From the human T2T-CHM13v2.0 reference genome, Homo sapiens, in the NCBI RefSeq assembly GCF_009914755.1, contig NC_060926.1: a stretch of 64,000 bases of DNA. One strand, given 5' to 3'. Below, piece after piece: positions 1-14,595 of the stretch (the first letter of the stretch is position 1; the number at the start of each line of letters is the position of its first letter). The notes beneath the pieces were generated by a model that saw only the letters and a program-made list of their open reading frames with translations, was not told the origin of the DNA and made no database searches. The translations under genes were made by a program, and so were the position numbers.

Positions 1-233
1 CTCGACCTCCCTTCTGCCACCAGGCCAGCTTTGCCACTTGCTGAACCGCTAGAGCTCTGTGCTGCTTTCGCTCTTCAGGGTTCAGGGGGCTTGAAGGAAG
101 GGGATTGGGAACACCCAGCACCTCAGTCTGGCCCTCCCCTGTAATTGCTCCATCTGCCCCCAAGGGAGAAGGGTGAACTGCACATCAGGAGTACCATAAC
201 TTAAGACAAAAGGAAAAATCATGACTGTGGTAT

Positions 234-252
234 ACACACACACACACACACA
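234..252. repeat. (AC)n microsatellite
   Basis: Uninterrupted AC run of about 9 units. Confidence 0.9.
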
Positions 253-830
253 GAGTCATTGCCTCTTCCCTTGTTAAAGCTACTTCCACAAGAAAGAGAA
301 CCACACAAAAGGGTTATGTTTGGGGGCGCTGGGACCCGGAGACCCTCTCAGCTTTCTGAAAGGGCTTTGTAGTGCTTGGATCCAAGCCATTTGTTTCTAG
401 AGAGAATCACGGTGGGTAGGAGCTTGCTTTTTCCATTTGCAATGGCTTATTAAGTATAAGCATCTCTCTTTCTCTCTTCTCTCTGTTTACTGAGCGATTA
501 GCTCTCCCTCCAACTGACCCTGCCAGGGGAGATAGCCAAAGTGTATCCTTAACACACAGCTACCCTGCAAAATGCCCTTTCCATCAACCCAGAGACCACA
601 GGCAGGACTCTGCAGTTCATTTTGGTGTCCTGTTTTTATATCAGTGGAGGATCTCCACTGATGGTGGAGTGTGCGCTAATGCCACCCATATTTACACAGC
701 TCCATTCTAGTCACAGTGCAGAGAGAGTGGGACCTGGCTGAGACAGAGCCAAGAGAGTGATGTGTGCAGTGTGTGTGGCCTGGCTGGGAGGCCACAGTCT
801 CTGGGCTCAATTGCCATCACTGATTCTTTT

Positions 831-1139
831 ATTTTCTTTTTTTCTTTTTTTTTTTTTTTTTGAGACGGAGTCTCACTCTGTCGCCAGGCTGGAGTGCAGT
901 GGCACAATCTTGTCTCACTGCAACCTCCGACTCCCGATTCCAGGGATTCTCCTGCCTCAGCCTCCTGAGTAGCTGGGATTACAGGCACACACCACCACGC
1001 CCAGCTAATTTTTGTATTTTTAGTAGAGACGGGGTTTCACCATGTTGGCCAGGATGATCTCAATCTCCTGACCTCATGATCCGTCCTCCTCGGCCTCCCA
1101 AAGTGTTGGGATTACAGGCGTGAGCCACCACGCCCAGCC
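831..1139 (-). mobile_element. Alu, AluSc-like, full length
   Basis: Poly-T tail then GAGACGGAGTCTCACTCTGTCGCCAGG (1-nt deletion typical of Sc) and CCAGGATG...CTCATGATCC. TSD ACTGATTCTTTT at 819-830 and 1140-1151. Confidence 0.95.
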
Positions 1140-2031
1140 ACTGATTCTTTTCTAAGCTGTACAATGACCCTTCTTCCCACAGAATACTGTCCTTCCTGTC
1201 CTCATGGGAAGAAGGACAGGTTCCTTCACCCTCCTGGATGCTGGCAGTTAAGTAATCTGGGAACTTGTAAGCAGGACAGACTAACCAGAAACTGGCTGAT
1301 TAGTAGCTGGTTGCCTGGCTGAATTGGCTGGTTTCTAGTAGGTCAGCTTGGTGGAAGGACAGATCAGCTGTGCTAGCAGACCGAGCCTTAATCAGCCAGA
1401 TTCTAAAGGTCAGAGTGGAAACAAAAATCATGCAATTTACCCAAATTTTAGAGACTGAATTCAATTGTAGGATTTGGTCTGGAAATAAGAATGAATTATT
1501 TTCAATGGAGTGGATCCTTTTTTCCTCCCTGCCAGTTTCTCTACTATGCTATAGAGAAAGCCTAAGATATATCATTGATATTGTTATAGAAATATTGTCT
1601 ACCTGCACGTACTACAGTATAGGCTGTAATGAAATAATTAAATCGAACTACTTTCAACCTTCTGCATATTCTCAATGGAAGCTTGGTGCTTTTATTCCAC
1701 ATTATGCTTTTGTGAAAAGGCTGCACTCTTACTATTCTAGTTAGAATTACTGTGTGACTGTTATATTTATTGTATGAATTTAGTGTTATTTAACACTTGG
1801 TAGACTACAAGGCTGGGGCAAATCCTGCATACAGAAGTTGGCATCTTGCCTGAGGGTTGGGATTATTTAATCTGCCAGTCACCCCATCCTTACCACCTCC
1901 TGGTGAAGAATAAACTTCTCCGGTGGAATTACTGAGGGGGGTGTTTCTGGGTGGGTGGCAAAGGTAGATTGGAGCTCTGTGCTCTGTTTGGTCCTGAGAG
2001 TCACTGCACTATGTCCAGATTTGTGTGTGTT

Positions 2032-2420
2032 TCACACAATACACAGCACAGCACACAACCCAGCACACAAATGCAACACACACACAGCACACAACACACT
2101 CACAACATGCACAAGCACACAAATGCAACACACAAATACAACACATAGCACACTCACACAACACGGCACACACAACACACAACATACACAACACAAAACA
2201 TATACAGCACACACAACATATACATACAAACCACATACAACACACAGCACACCCAGCACACACTATACACACACACCACACAGAGCACACAACACACTCA
2301 AAATCTTCAGTACACACGTAATCTTCAGTACACACACAATACACATGGCACACAACACATGCATACAACGTATGCAGTACACACACCACACACATACAGA
2401 TGGAGAGAGAGAGAGAGAGA
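2032..2420. repeat. Degenerate (CA)-rich low-complexity array ending in (GA)n
   Basis: About 370 bp of CACA/CAACA/CAGCA units with internal duplications (AATCTTCAGTACACAC twice, CACACAAATGCAACACACA twice), followed by GAGAGA. Confidence 0.9.
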
Positions 2421-4279
2421 AGAAACCGAGAGAGGAGCCTATGTCTTAAGCCGCGATTGGGCTCTGACCACAGTTCCTTCTCGGGGTGTCCGGGAGACCA
2501 GCCCTGGCAGGGGTACGTGAGCTGGTGCTGGGTAAAACAGCTGCACAGTCTTCCGGTCATCTGAGGTAACGTGTGGCTGTCACAGGGGAGGGTACATGGA
2601 GAGGGAAGAAAGTTGGTTTTTTATTTTCTTTGTACTTATTTTCCTATTTCTCCTTATTTTTTTCCCAATTTCTTTGAAAAAAAAAATTACCTGTCTCAGC
2701 TAGGTTAAGAGAAACCACCAGAAGTAAGTTGCATCCACATTTGGGCTGGGGTGTGTAAAGGTGGCTGGTGATTGAGTCCTCTGGTGAGCAGAATGGGGTG
2801 GCCCTGAAGTGGGGTGCCCTGAGGGGCAGGGCACTGGCTGCATTGATCACCCCTCCTTCCTTGCTGTGTGACCTCCTTCTGCCCCTGTGGCCTCTCTCTT
2901 TGTTTCAGGAGCAGATCTCCTGTTCCCTAGCTGTGCTTGTGAAATTCATACCTACCAAGAGGTGCAGGGGGTGTATCCAGGTTGCAGAAACCAAGTCACA
3001 GAACAAGTGTGGGGTGTCTTCCTGCAGCATCTCTTCACCACGTGGTTCTTTGGGGAACGAGCTAAGTAACTTAACTGAGAACTTCAAACTATACATTTAT
3101 ATTAAAACAATCACAGATCTACTATACGATAGAATACAAAATCATCATACGATTTAAAAACAAAAGCTAAGATTTCGAATGCATTTTGTGACTATAGAGG
3201 GTGGCTTTGGGCCAATACCTGCTCGTTCTTATCCAAGCATAAGCAGTTTCTTCTGATATTTCAGTGGAAGTTTTTGGGAGTGCTACCTTAGAGCTTATTC
3301 TTTCTCCTTCATGTGGTTCAAATTTAAGTTTCAGGACATTATATTTTCAGATTCATCCTCTCCCCACCCGCCTCCGCCCCCCACCACATAGACAGATTTG
3401 GGACCACCTGTTCACTCCACAGCCAGGAGGATGGAAAGATTCCTCGTGCCAGATTCTCCTTCATTCACGTAGTCTGCAACAATGCCCTCTCCAACGTTAG
3501 AGGAGGAGAAAACCCTCCCTTGGCTCCATTTCCAAGTTCTGTGCTTGGACAGAGTGCAGTCTGTACAAAGATGAGCTCAGCTGGGGCCAGCTGGAGTGGA
3601 GACCGTGAGACCTGTTCTTCTAGGGGAGCAGCCTAGGAGTCCCCACCATGCTCACAAATCCTGCCTGATCCCAGACCTGCCCTGTGCCCAACCATGCTGC
3701 AGTGGAGATCCTTGGCCACATTTGTAAGTGTTGCTGGTGACTGCCTCCCTGCAAGTGTCCACATCAGTCCACTCTTATTTTCTCAAGTCCATTCTGATTT
3801 GTTTGCCTTTCCGGGCCAATGGATAGGTGCCAGAGCACAGAAAAGAGAAACACCTCTTCACTCCATTTTCCTCTTTTGTCCTAAAGGTCAGGGTGTGTTT
3901 TGTTGTCCCAGTCCTCTGGGAGTTCTGTGCTGTCCCTGTGTTCTCTCAGCAATGCCCGAGAGCACCATGTCACGTCTTCTGTGGGCCAAGAGCTTGGGAC
4001 AGGTTTTCTTTATCCGGGGCAGGGATGGGTTAGGAATGGTGGGCTATTCCACTAGATAAACCCATTGAAGTCTGCCCTGTACCCCTAGGCAGAGGTTGTG
4101 GAATTAGACTCAACTTATCGCCTCAATGCTCTAAAGAGTCCATAAGACAAAGACAGTGTATCAAAAATAACTTATTACATTCATAAAGTGAACATATTAT
4201 TTCTTATAGATTTTAGACCCTTAGAGGGATGAATAACATACAGTTTATTTCACATACAACCTACTTTTATTCATATATA

Positions 4280-4649
4280 TTTTCTCTTTCTTTCTTTATT
4301 TCTTACTTTCTTTCTTTCTTTCTTTCTTTCTTTCCTTTCTTTCCTTTCTTTCTTGTTTGAGAGATAAGGTCTCTCTCTGTTGCCCAGGCTGGAGGGAGTG
4401 GTGCAATCATGGCTAACTGCAGCTTTGAACTCCTGTGCTCAAGCAGTCCTCTTACCTCCACCCCCTCAGTGACTGGGACCTCAGGTGTACACCACCACAC
4501 TCACATAACTAAAAAAAGATTTTTTTTTTGTAGAGATGGGGGTATCACTGAGTTGCCTGGGCTGTTCTTGAACTCCTGACCTCAAGCAGTCCTCTTGCCT
4601 CAGCCTCCCAAAGTGTTGGGATTACAGGCATGAGCCCCCACACCCATCC
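4280..4649 (-). mobile_element. AluJ with (TTTC)n-expanded tail
   Basis: J-type diagnostics (GCAATCATGGCTAACTGCAGC, GCTCAAGCAGTCCTC); dimeric structure. Confidence 0.9.
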
Positions 4650-5427
4650 TAATCTTTTTCATATGCAATGGTTACACAGACGTTCAATGCATCCTCTCTC
4701 TTTCTGTCCTCTCTCTTTCTCTTGCTGTCTCTCTGTCTCCGTCTCTCTCCCTCTCTCTCTACACACATACACACACATAGGTATTATTTCAAATTGGCTT
4801 TTCAGTGGATTTTCTTGATTTTCATTAGACATAGACATAGGTGTATCTATAAAAACTAATACATTTACTAAATTCAGGAAAATAATCTTGATTAAAGTTT
4901 TAAACAATGGTGATTTGTTGGGAGGGTTCCGATGGAGGGTTCCATGTGGCTCACAGGAACGCATGTGCTTTCCTGCAGCTTGAGCTGGTGCTGCATGAAC
5001 ACGTAGCAGAGTGAGAACTCTCCCTCGGCCTCAGACATGGGCAATCCACCTCTTCTACCGGGATATCTGTCAATAGATGATTATCATCGTTCCCACTCCA
5101 CCGCATCTCTTGGTTGCTCTTCTTTTCTTCTGTCTTTGAGAATGGAGAAAGAAGGATGAGTAAAACCTGGACTTTAAAGAAAATAATGAAGCAAGTTGTT
5201 ATTTTGCTTATTGCCCAGTTGGTAGAGTTATTGACTCACTAAAAGATTATTACAGCAGATAAAATCTGTTAAGGAATAGGTTTCTAAAAATATATGCAGA
5301 GTGTTTCAAAGTGAAAGGTTGTTTATATGTTTTTCAAGTCTTATCTGAGTTTAAAATTTCAGGTATTGGCCTGACAAAATCAGCTTTCTGATTGGAAAAA
5401 TCTTTCTGGTTGGAAAGAAAACCTGAA

Positions 5428-5735
<308 letters not shown>

Positions 5736-8700
5736 ATATTTTTAACTGTGCTTTTCTTCCTTCAGCCTCACCTAGGTTCTATATAGAGTGGATATTGGAA
5801 TTAAATAAATATCCACAGAGTGAATACTGGAATTAAAAGCTGTCCTGACTTTTAAGATCTCAAACATTGATGGTCAGAGTAATCTATGAATTCTATCATC
5901 TTCGTATCTGACACTATGTGACTAAAACACTTGAAGTCTGAATTCAGAAACAAATTCACACTCTGTTTCGAGAGTTATGTACACCTTCCCACATGATTAT
6001 TTTCTTTCCTTTTTAAATTTTAATTTAACTTTCTTCCTCTAAAAAAACCAAGAAATATCACAGAACAAAGTGGAAGCTTTGCAAAGAGTATTAGGATTAG
6101 AATTGAATACCAGAACAACAGGTGAAAATGACAGGTGGTAGTAAGAGGAATATTGAATATGAGAAAGTAATAGCCATCTAAATGTAATTCTGCACCTAGG
6201 TAGGTCCTAGGAGGAAAGTCATTCCCACAGCAGTTTGCAAGGCAAACTCACCTGGCAGGGAGAAGAGATGACCAGCTTGGTTTCCTTGTGGAAAACTACT
6301 CTTTGCTGTGGAGAGTTGCTGGGATTAAAAAGTACTGCAGAAAAGGAGCCTGCATTTCTGATCTGTGTTCAGGGAGAAGCCCACTACAAGTGCCCAGGGC
6401 CATTAGCGGGGCAGAGCCATCCTGGTGGGTAACACAGCAGCACAGCATCATGTGTGAGCTACACCCCTCCCCCCAGGCACATCGCAGCCTTGACCTTGGG
6501 GCTCCATGAAACAGCTTAAGACCCTGGATTCACTTTGAGCAATAGAAGCCACACAATTACAGTTTTGGTTTTGTTTTGTTTTGTTTTCCCCCTTCTTCTT
6601 CAAATTGGCCATGCACACACATTGGTCTCTCATTAGACAGGGCTGAAACCAGCAGGTCTTTCCTCTGTGGGAGCTCTGTGCACAATGTGCTATCATACAT
6701 GGAGGAGCTGCCCAAGGAAGAGTCAGAGAGATTACACAGCAGCTTTGGACTCTGTCCAGCTCACCATTCTCATCCCATTTCTCTTCTTTTAGCACCTGGG
6801 AGACTCTAACAAGTGCAATTCCCGACTCCCAGTACAGAGGGGAAAACATATTTCTAGCACTCTTCCGTAGCCGCTGGTGTGTTTAATGTCAGAAAATCAG
6901 CATATTGTGTTCTGAAGTTGCAAACATCCAGAATAAATATCATTATGGTTCTGAATGCTGGGAGGCTATAGAGGGTAGGAGTGAGGGGATGCTTGTAAAA
7001 GGCTCCTTCACTGGTAGGAAGACAGCATGTGCTTGGGATAGTGGGGAGGCTGGTTCAGAGAGAGATCCCTTCTCAGAATGGCTGAGCTTGCCAGTAGCTC
7101 AAGGACAGAACTAGGAAAGGGCAGGAAATGGGAGGAAGACGGGAAAAAGAATGTTTCTGCAACTCTCACTTCCCTAGGTGAGTTCCCAGTGGTCCCTTTC
7201 AAATTGCTGCAGATGAGGTAGAATTGCTCTTACCTGTGGGGACTGATGAGAATAGAGACCATGCTCATTAAGTTAGAGATGACAACAATCTGGCATGATC
7301 TGTAGAGTGGACTATGGAAGGGGTGACACGGAAGAGTGTGACTCTACCAGATAGAATGTGATTAGAATTCAGAATTACTTTGGAGTAGTGGTGAAATTCA
7401 AAACACATTTGTCTGGGGGTGGTATCAAAAGAAGTCTTTCAGAACAAACACAGGGTAATACTAGAGGTTAGATGCACCCAGCAGCAGAGGATGTCTGGTC
7501 AAGTGTAGGATGAGAATTTGTGGAACTGGAGCTACTGGCAGAGGAGCCCTTCCCTCAGCCCTGCACTGATTCTCTAAGAAGGCTGGGCTCACATCGACAC
7601 CGCAGGGGACCACTGTGATCTCCCCAGGCATCCAACTAATGGCTGTATATCAATTTAAGAAAAGCTTCTCTGTGAGCCTCAAGCCAACTCAAGAAGAAAC
7701 CTGGAAGCTGGTTTTCTGAGGAAGCCAGAACACACCACTCCACTTCAACACATCTGGCACTGCAGCTAACAGGGATAATTGCAGGGCACCCATGTCTCAG
7801 CTGAATTAGGCAAAACCCTCTAGCCCTGTAAAAACCAACAAAGGGTGTGGTGTTGTAAACTTACAAGGACTCTTCTCTAACTCAGAAGGGCCAACAGCAG
7901 TCAGCCATGTAGTCTTGTATTGTGGCAGAAGCACCAAGCCCCATTGTGGGATGAGTTAGGCTTGCAGGTTGGACGTCTTAGTGATCGTCTTATTGGGGAG
8001 GGACTTCTGTTTTGGAAAACCTAGGTGCTCCAAGCGACAAATAAGGAGAGAAGGAGAGGTTATTTCATAAGGAATGTGGAAGTGTGGGGTCACTGAAAAC
8101 AGAGCCACTTAAAGGTGTCTGATACGGCTCCTCACACACTTAGTGTGCACTGAGACCTGTTTGGTGGGACGGGCAAGGAGCAGGAGGGCAGCATTCTTAC
8201 ACAAAATGTAGGACACACAACCCAGTCTGTGACAAAAAAATGTGATCATCCATCCTTAACCAGGGTAAGAAGGGGGAAATTGACTTAAACATTAAGCATA
8301 AGGATTTTAGGTTAAACTCTGTGTTACTGAAAAAAATGTCTGTCCAATGATCTAAACAGTAGAATACTCTCAGCTGTGCAATCAATCCAAGCATTTTTTT
8401 GTGAACACCACAGTTTATATGACTGAAGAAAGTCTGCTGACTTTCCTTCCTGCTACTAATGGTATAAACAGTTGTCAGAGGCGTTTGAACCAGGGTGACT
8501 CCATCTTGAATAGAGGCTGGGTAAAGTAAGGCTGAGACCTGCATTGCTGCATTCCCAGAAGGTTAGACATTCTAGGTCACACGATGAAATAGGAGATCAG
8601 CACGAGGTACAAGTCACAAAGACCTTGCTCATAAAATGATGCAGTAAAGAAGCCAGCCCAAACCTGCCAAAACCAAGAAGGCGATGAAAGTGACCTCTGG

Positions 8701-8842
8701 TCCTCCTCACTGCCCGCTATATGCTAATTATAATGCATTCATATGCTAAAAGGCACTCCCACCAGCACCATGACAATTTACAAATGCCATGGCAACCCAA
8801 GGAAGTTACCCTATATGGTGTAAAAAGGGAAGGAACCCTTAG

Positions 8843-8872
8843 TTCTGGGAATTGCTCACCCCTCTCCAGGAA
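8843..8872. promoter_or_regulatory. STAT1 GAS motif pair within MER41B
   Basis: TTCTGGGAA (intact TTC-N3-GAA) at 8843-8851 and degenerate CTCCAGGAA at 8864-8872. MER41B is an established source of IFN-gamma-inducible STAT1 enhancers; activity of this copy is not shown. Confidence 0.55.
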
Positions 8873-8988
8873 AACTCATGAATGATCCACCCCTTGTTTA
8901 GCATATAATCAAGTAATAACCACAAAAATGGGCAACCAGCAGCCCTCAGCTTCTCTGCCCATGAAATAGCCATTCTTTCCTTTCTTTC

Positions 8989-9297
<309 letters not shown>

Positions 9298-9693
9298 TAA
9301 TAGACTTGCTTTCACTTTACTCTAAGGACTCACCCTGAATTCTTTCTTGCACGATGTCCAAGAACCCTCTCTTGGGGTCTGGATCGGGACCCCTTTCCAG
9401 TAACACAGTCATGTGATGCGTAACAACATTTTGGTCAATGTCAGGCCACAAATACAGTGGTGATTGTATAAGATGATAGTATATATTTATGGTACTTTTT
9501 CTGTGTTTGGATATACGTAGGTAAACTCTTTTGTTGCTATTGCCTACAGTATTCAGTACAGTGACATGTTGTACAGGTCTGCAGCCTAGGAGCAATAGGC
9601 CATTCCATAGAGCCTACGTGTGTAACAGGCTATACCATGCAGGTTTGTGTAAGTCCATTCTGTGATGTTTGCACAACAAGAAAATCACATAAC

Positions 9694-10574
<881 letters not shown>

Positions 10575-12259
10575 TAACGACACATGTCTTAGAATGCATC
10601 TCCATCGTTTGATCAAGACATTACTTCAGTTGCGTAGATAAGGCTTAAAGGAAGAACCATGGAATAGTGCAGGATCTCTGGAAACTTTCTTCCAAGAGGA
10701 CTTTAAACTTACCCTGGCGTCTACCAGTGTGGGGTGATTTTAGATGTGGAATTGCTGATTGTCCCCAGCCCAGAGCAAGAGACACATGGATGGAATGGTT
10801 CTACCTGCCAAAAAAACTTTACATTTCTAAAGTTTGAGCAGAAAATCTTATTCATTTGTGACCTCAAGAGAGCGGTGAAGCATGCCAGCTCATAAGGCCT
10901 TTCCTAGTCCCAGGTGCATTCCGAGGAGAGTAGTGCAAGCTGTTCAAGAGCTCCAGAGCCCACGCCCAGCCACAAGGATGGATGCGTCCATGGTCCATGA
11001 ACTTACAGCAACCCTTTCACATGCAAAAGCATTTTATTTTCAGGCTTTAAATGGAGGTACTAAAAACAGTGTTAAAAGCGGGGAACACTTAAGAAGTGCA
11101 ACCTTTTATTCTGAATAACAATTAGGAGCAGTTAGCTATTTAAATCATCTAAAATTTTTCTTTTGTAGGAACACTGCAAATGCTATACAGCACGTGCTTT
11201 TAAGAAGAGTGATGGGTGGGTACCAACAATAAGGAAGTGCTATCATTCATTATCTTTCAAGAGTGCATCCATTTCAGATATAATGCGCCTGTAGTAACAA
11301 TGCTGCACTTTAGAAAGACATCTTTCATCTGAAAAACACACACCTCGCTCTTTCTGTAGGCAGCCTTGTTCTGTGTGTGCGAAATGGACATATTTTTACA
11401 GGTTCTTGTGGGGCAAACATTAGATACTCTTTAAAGGGTTAACGTTTATTACGAAGGTCTAACATATTAGTTTCTGTTGTGCAAGAAATCGAGAAGCTAG
11501 TGTGGGTTTTGAAAAGGGTGCATGTGAAGCTCTGTGTGGTGAGATGAAAACATTTCTGGATAGAAGGGCAGCTGGGACCTCAGGCTGGTGGTAGAGTTTG
11601 CCATCTCCTCGTTCTTCATTCTGCCATGCTTTGGAAGGCTTTCAGAACATGGTGAGGACATTTTCTGTTGTTGTTGATCGAGGATCTCTGAATCTTGGAA
11701 GGTACCAGCCTTGATTATGGGCAGAAAAAGTGAAATGTCTTTCAAGGCATGGTTTTGTTATCTGGACTCAAGAAAATGCTTATGTAAATCCCACCCCCAC
11801 GAGAAGGAAGGAAATTGAGGGAGTATCTGTTAAGATGCATCATATGGAGTCCTTGGTTTCAGGCCTGATTTTGCCACTCCTACCCCACCCATCCACCCAC
11901 CCACTTCCTTCCCCACTCTCAGGAGAGTCACAGTAACCAATTTGGGGTTTGTATTTAACACCTGCAAATCTTGGCTAACAGGCCTCCCTCTTTTCTCCTT
12001 CACCACCACCCTCCCTTTCTTCGATCCAAACACTTTAGTCAGTGCTTCCCAAATCATACCACTGAAAAGAGGGGAAACCCTTTTTGCATCCATACTGCAA
12101 AGACCTAAAATGTTTGTTTCCAGCTGTCCTACTTGTAACCTTTCAGCAAATCTTGATGATGCTTTTGAAAATAAGCTAAACCTAGCCTCTCACAAATGTG
12201 TTGAGGCCTTGCTCTGCACGCATGAGTGGAACTCCATGTAGAAGGCCCACCTCCTTAGC

Positions 12260-12785
12260 TGTAATAACAATGAGAACCTACTAGGAGCCAGAGGCTGTGC
12301 TACTGAATGTTTTCCGTGATGCGATTTAATCTTCAAATGTACTCACAAAAAAAGAGATAGTATTGTAGGATTTTCTCCTTAGTTCAGCTAAGAGCCGGGT
12401 CCTTGACACATGGCCATGAAATACTAGGCTCACAGACACTTTGAAGGGTGAGAATAATGGAATTTACAGAGCAGAAAAGAAAAAAGGGAAACAGGGACTC
12501 TCTGCAAAGCCAAGGTCCTGCTAGTGCGGCTTCCCACCTCGCAGATTGAATGCCAGGTTCCACCCAGGAAGAGGAGGGGCCAGGCTCCTCCCAGCTGCAA
12601 ATGGGGAAGTTCCCCATGCTCCACCCTGGTGTGCATTCCTCCCAGTGTGCAGGTCGGTTGCAGGTTCTGCCACGGAGCCCCTCCTACCTGGCTGTCTCAA
12701 TAGTATTTATATACCTTACAAATGGGAAAACCAAAGGTCAGAGGAACTGAGTAACTCAGCCAAGGTCCCGGAGCTGGCCAGCACC
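12260..12785 (-). mobile_element. MIR split by a MER61-type LTR
   Basis: ATTTAATCTTCA before the LTR and TTACAAATGGGAAAACCAAAGGTCAGAGG...CAAGGTC after it resemble the antisense MIR core. Confidence 0.55.
12361..12699 (-). mobile_element. MER61-family solo LTR (ERV1)
   Basis: Sense start TGAGACAGCCAGGTAGGAGGGG, core GGGAGGAGCCTGGCCCCTCCTCTTCCTG, end TTAGCTGAACTAAGG. TSD ATAG at 12357-12360 and 12700-12703. Confidence 0.8.
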
Positions 12786-13286
12786 TCCAAAGCGTACTCT
12801 TCCCCTCTGATAAGGGCCACCTCTTTAAGATGACACAGAATGTCCAACCCTGAGACCCACAGTGGAAGGGGCACCATCATAGTTAAATTGTCAGGTAACT
12901 GTTCTTCATGTTCCTACCTGGCATCGTTCAAGAAGGCACATGGCAAGTGCCAGGCAAACGCTTGTTAACTTGAATCAGTTTACAACTTTCATAAACATTA
13001 TAAAGTCTGGCATGAGGAAGAAGTTCAACATGCCTAATTAACAGCTGTTTCTGATATATAGCAAATCTATTTTTAAATAATCTTTTCTTGTAAGTTTTTT
13101 TTTTCACTCACTGGCTTATCAGAACCCAAAGGGCAAGGAACAAATTGAACCTGGGTAGCCTGCCTGGATGACAGGCAGGCAGCGCACAGCAGTGCCTTTC
13201 CTCCCTCACCCTGCAGCTCGCGACCTCAAGGTTTAACCTTTGGTGTCTTACTGTGGTTGACCGTCACGGGACTCTCAGGTCCCAAG

Positions 13287-13595
13287 CGAGATAGCCAAGT
13301 AAAAAGGGCTCCCCAGAGAATCTCTGACCAGCGTGCGCACTGGGAGGACAGGGTGGAGCCACGAGAAGTTTGCACAATTTGCAGTGGGGAGGAGCCTGGC
13401 CTCTCCTGTTCCTGGTTGGGGACCTGGGATTCAGTCTGTGAGGTGCAGAGCCTGTTAGCAGGACTCCATCTCACTTTGCTGAATTGTTTTTCCTTTTTCC
13501 TTTTTGCCCAATAAATTCTGCTCCTCACCCTTCTAGGTGTCCGCGAGCCTGATCTTTCTCGGTTGTGTGACAAGAACCTGACTTTTCCTGCAGCA
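13287..13595 (+). mobile_element. MER61/LTR20-related solo LTR (ERV1)
   Basis: Start (C)GAGATAGCCAAG, the same GGGGAGGAGCCTGGCC core, AATAAA and end CTGCAGCA. TSD CAAG at 13283-13286 and 13596-13599. Confidence 0.75.
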
Positions 13596-14129
13596 CAAGG
13601 TTTGTCCTTCCTTTATTCTCTTTCCTCTCCATGGCCACAATAACATCTCAGAGGAGAGCGACCTCATTCGCCCACCTCCCTGTGTGGGGAGCAGCCTGCT
13701 TCTGATAAGAGAGGGGAAGTGGCATCAAGCATTGCTGTGAACCAGAAAAAATGCCAACCCCTGAATGTTTCGGGTTTTCACTCCTCCTTCTCTGTGGCTA
13801 TCCTGGGTCTCCTGGCCCCTAAGTCAGTGCTTTTCAGTTAAGGTGGGAGGTGAGGGTCCTATCATGTCAAACCTGCTGGGCCTTAGCAGGCACGCAAGGG
13901 CATAGTCAGCCCATCTGATATGTTCCTCCACACTCGGGTAAAAGAGGCAGAAAGATTCCTACCCCACCTGTCCCACCGCGGGCCACATGGGTGCATGTTC
14001 ATCACGGACGTTTGGAGTTCTGCTTTCTAATCTTGCTGAGTGCACACAGTGGTAGAATTTTCCAGGCAGAGTCGGGATGACTACGGGAACCCTATAAGGG
14101 AGCAGTTTCAAGGGAGCAAAAAGGGGTGA

Positions 14130-14360
14130 AGCCACGGCCTGTGGAACCAGACTGGCCTAGATTGACTTTCAAGCTGCTCTGGCTACTAGCTGTGCAGCCC
14201 TGAGCGAGTTCCCTCACTTATCTGAACCTTGAGGCTTCCTATCTGTAAGCTGGAGAAAGTAGGCTCTACCCCCTGAGTTTCTGTGAAGATTGAATGAGAT
14301 CATTTAGCAAGCAACCGGCACCACACCTAGCACCTACTTCATATTCAGTAAATATTAGCT
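14130..14360 (+). mobile_element. MIR
   Basis: CTACTAGCTGTG...CACTTATCTGAACCT...CTATCTGTAAG...GTGAAGATTGAATGAGAT...CAGTAAATATTAGCT. Confidence 0.7.
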
Positions 14361-14434
14361 CCTCTTTCCATCCAGGGTCTTGTAGCTCTTTGAATCAGAT
14401 CATTTTACTTACCCATATATATTAGCCTTGAGGG

Positions 14435-14595
14435 ATATCATTCAATTCAATATATTTTATATTCTTAATTATACATTCATTTATATCAATGTTTTATTAC
14501 TACACAACATACAGTAATTATATGTTAATATTTTAGTATATTAAAATTAATACATATTTAATATTGATAGAATATATACCTAATGAATATATATT
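14435..14595. repeat. AT-rich low-complexity tract
   Basis: Very A/T-rich with TATA and ATTA runs. Confidence 0.7.

Noticed and set aside
640-662. 10-bp-stem hairpin ATCAGTGGAG-GAT-CTCCACTGAT, with similar 8-9 bp stems at 43926-43943, 44138-44158 and 52504-52522
   Set aside because: Stems this short are near chance expectation in 64 kb and too short for pre-miRNA.
1951-2560. His/Thr-rich and Cys/Val-rich ORFs up to 183 aa
   Set aside because: Translation artefacts of the CA/TG array.
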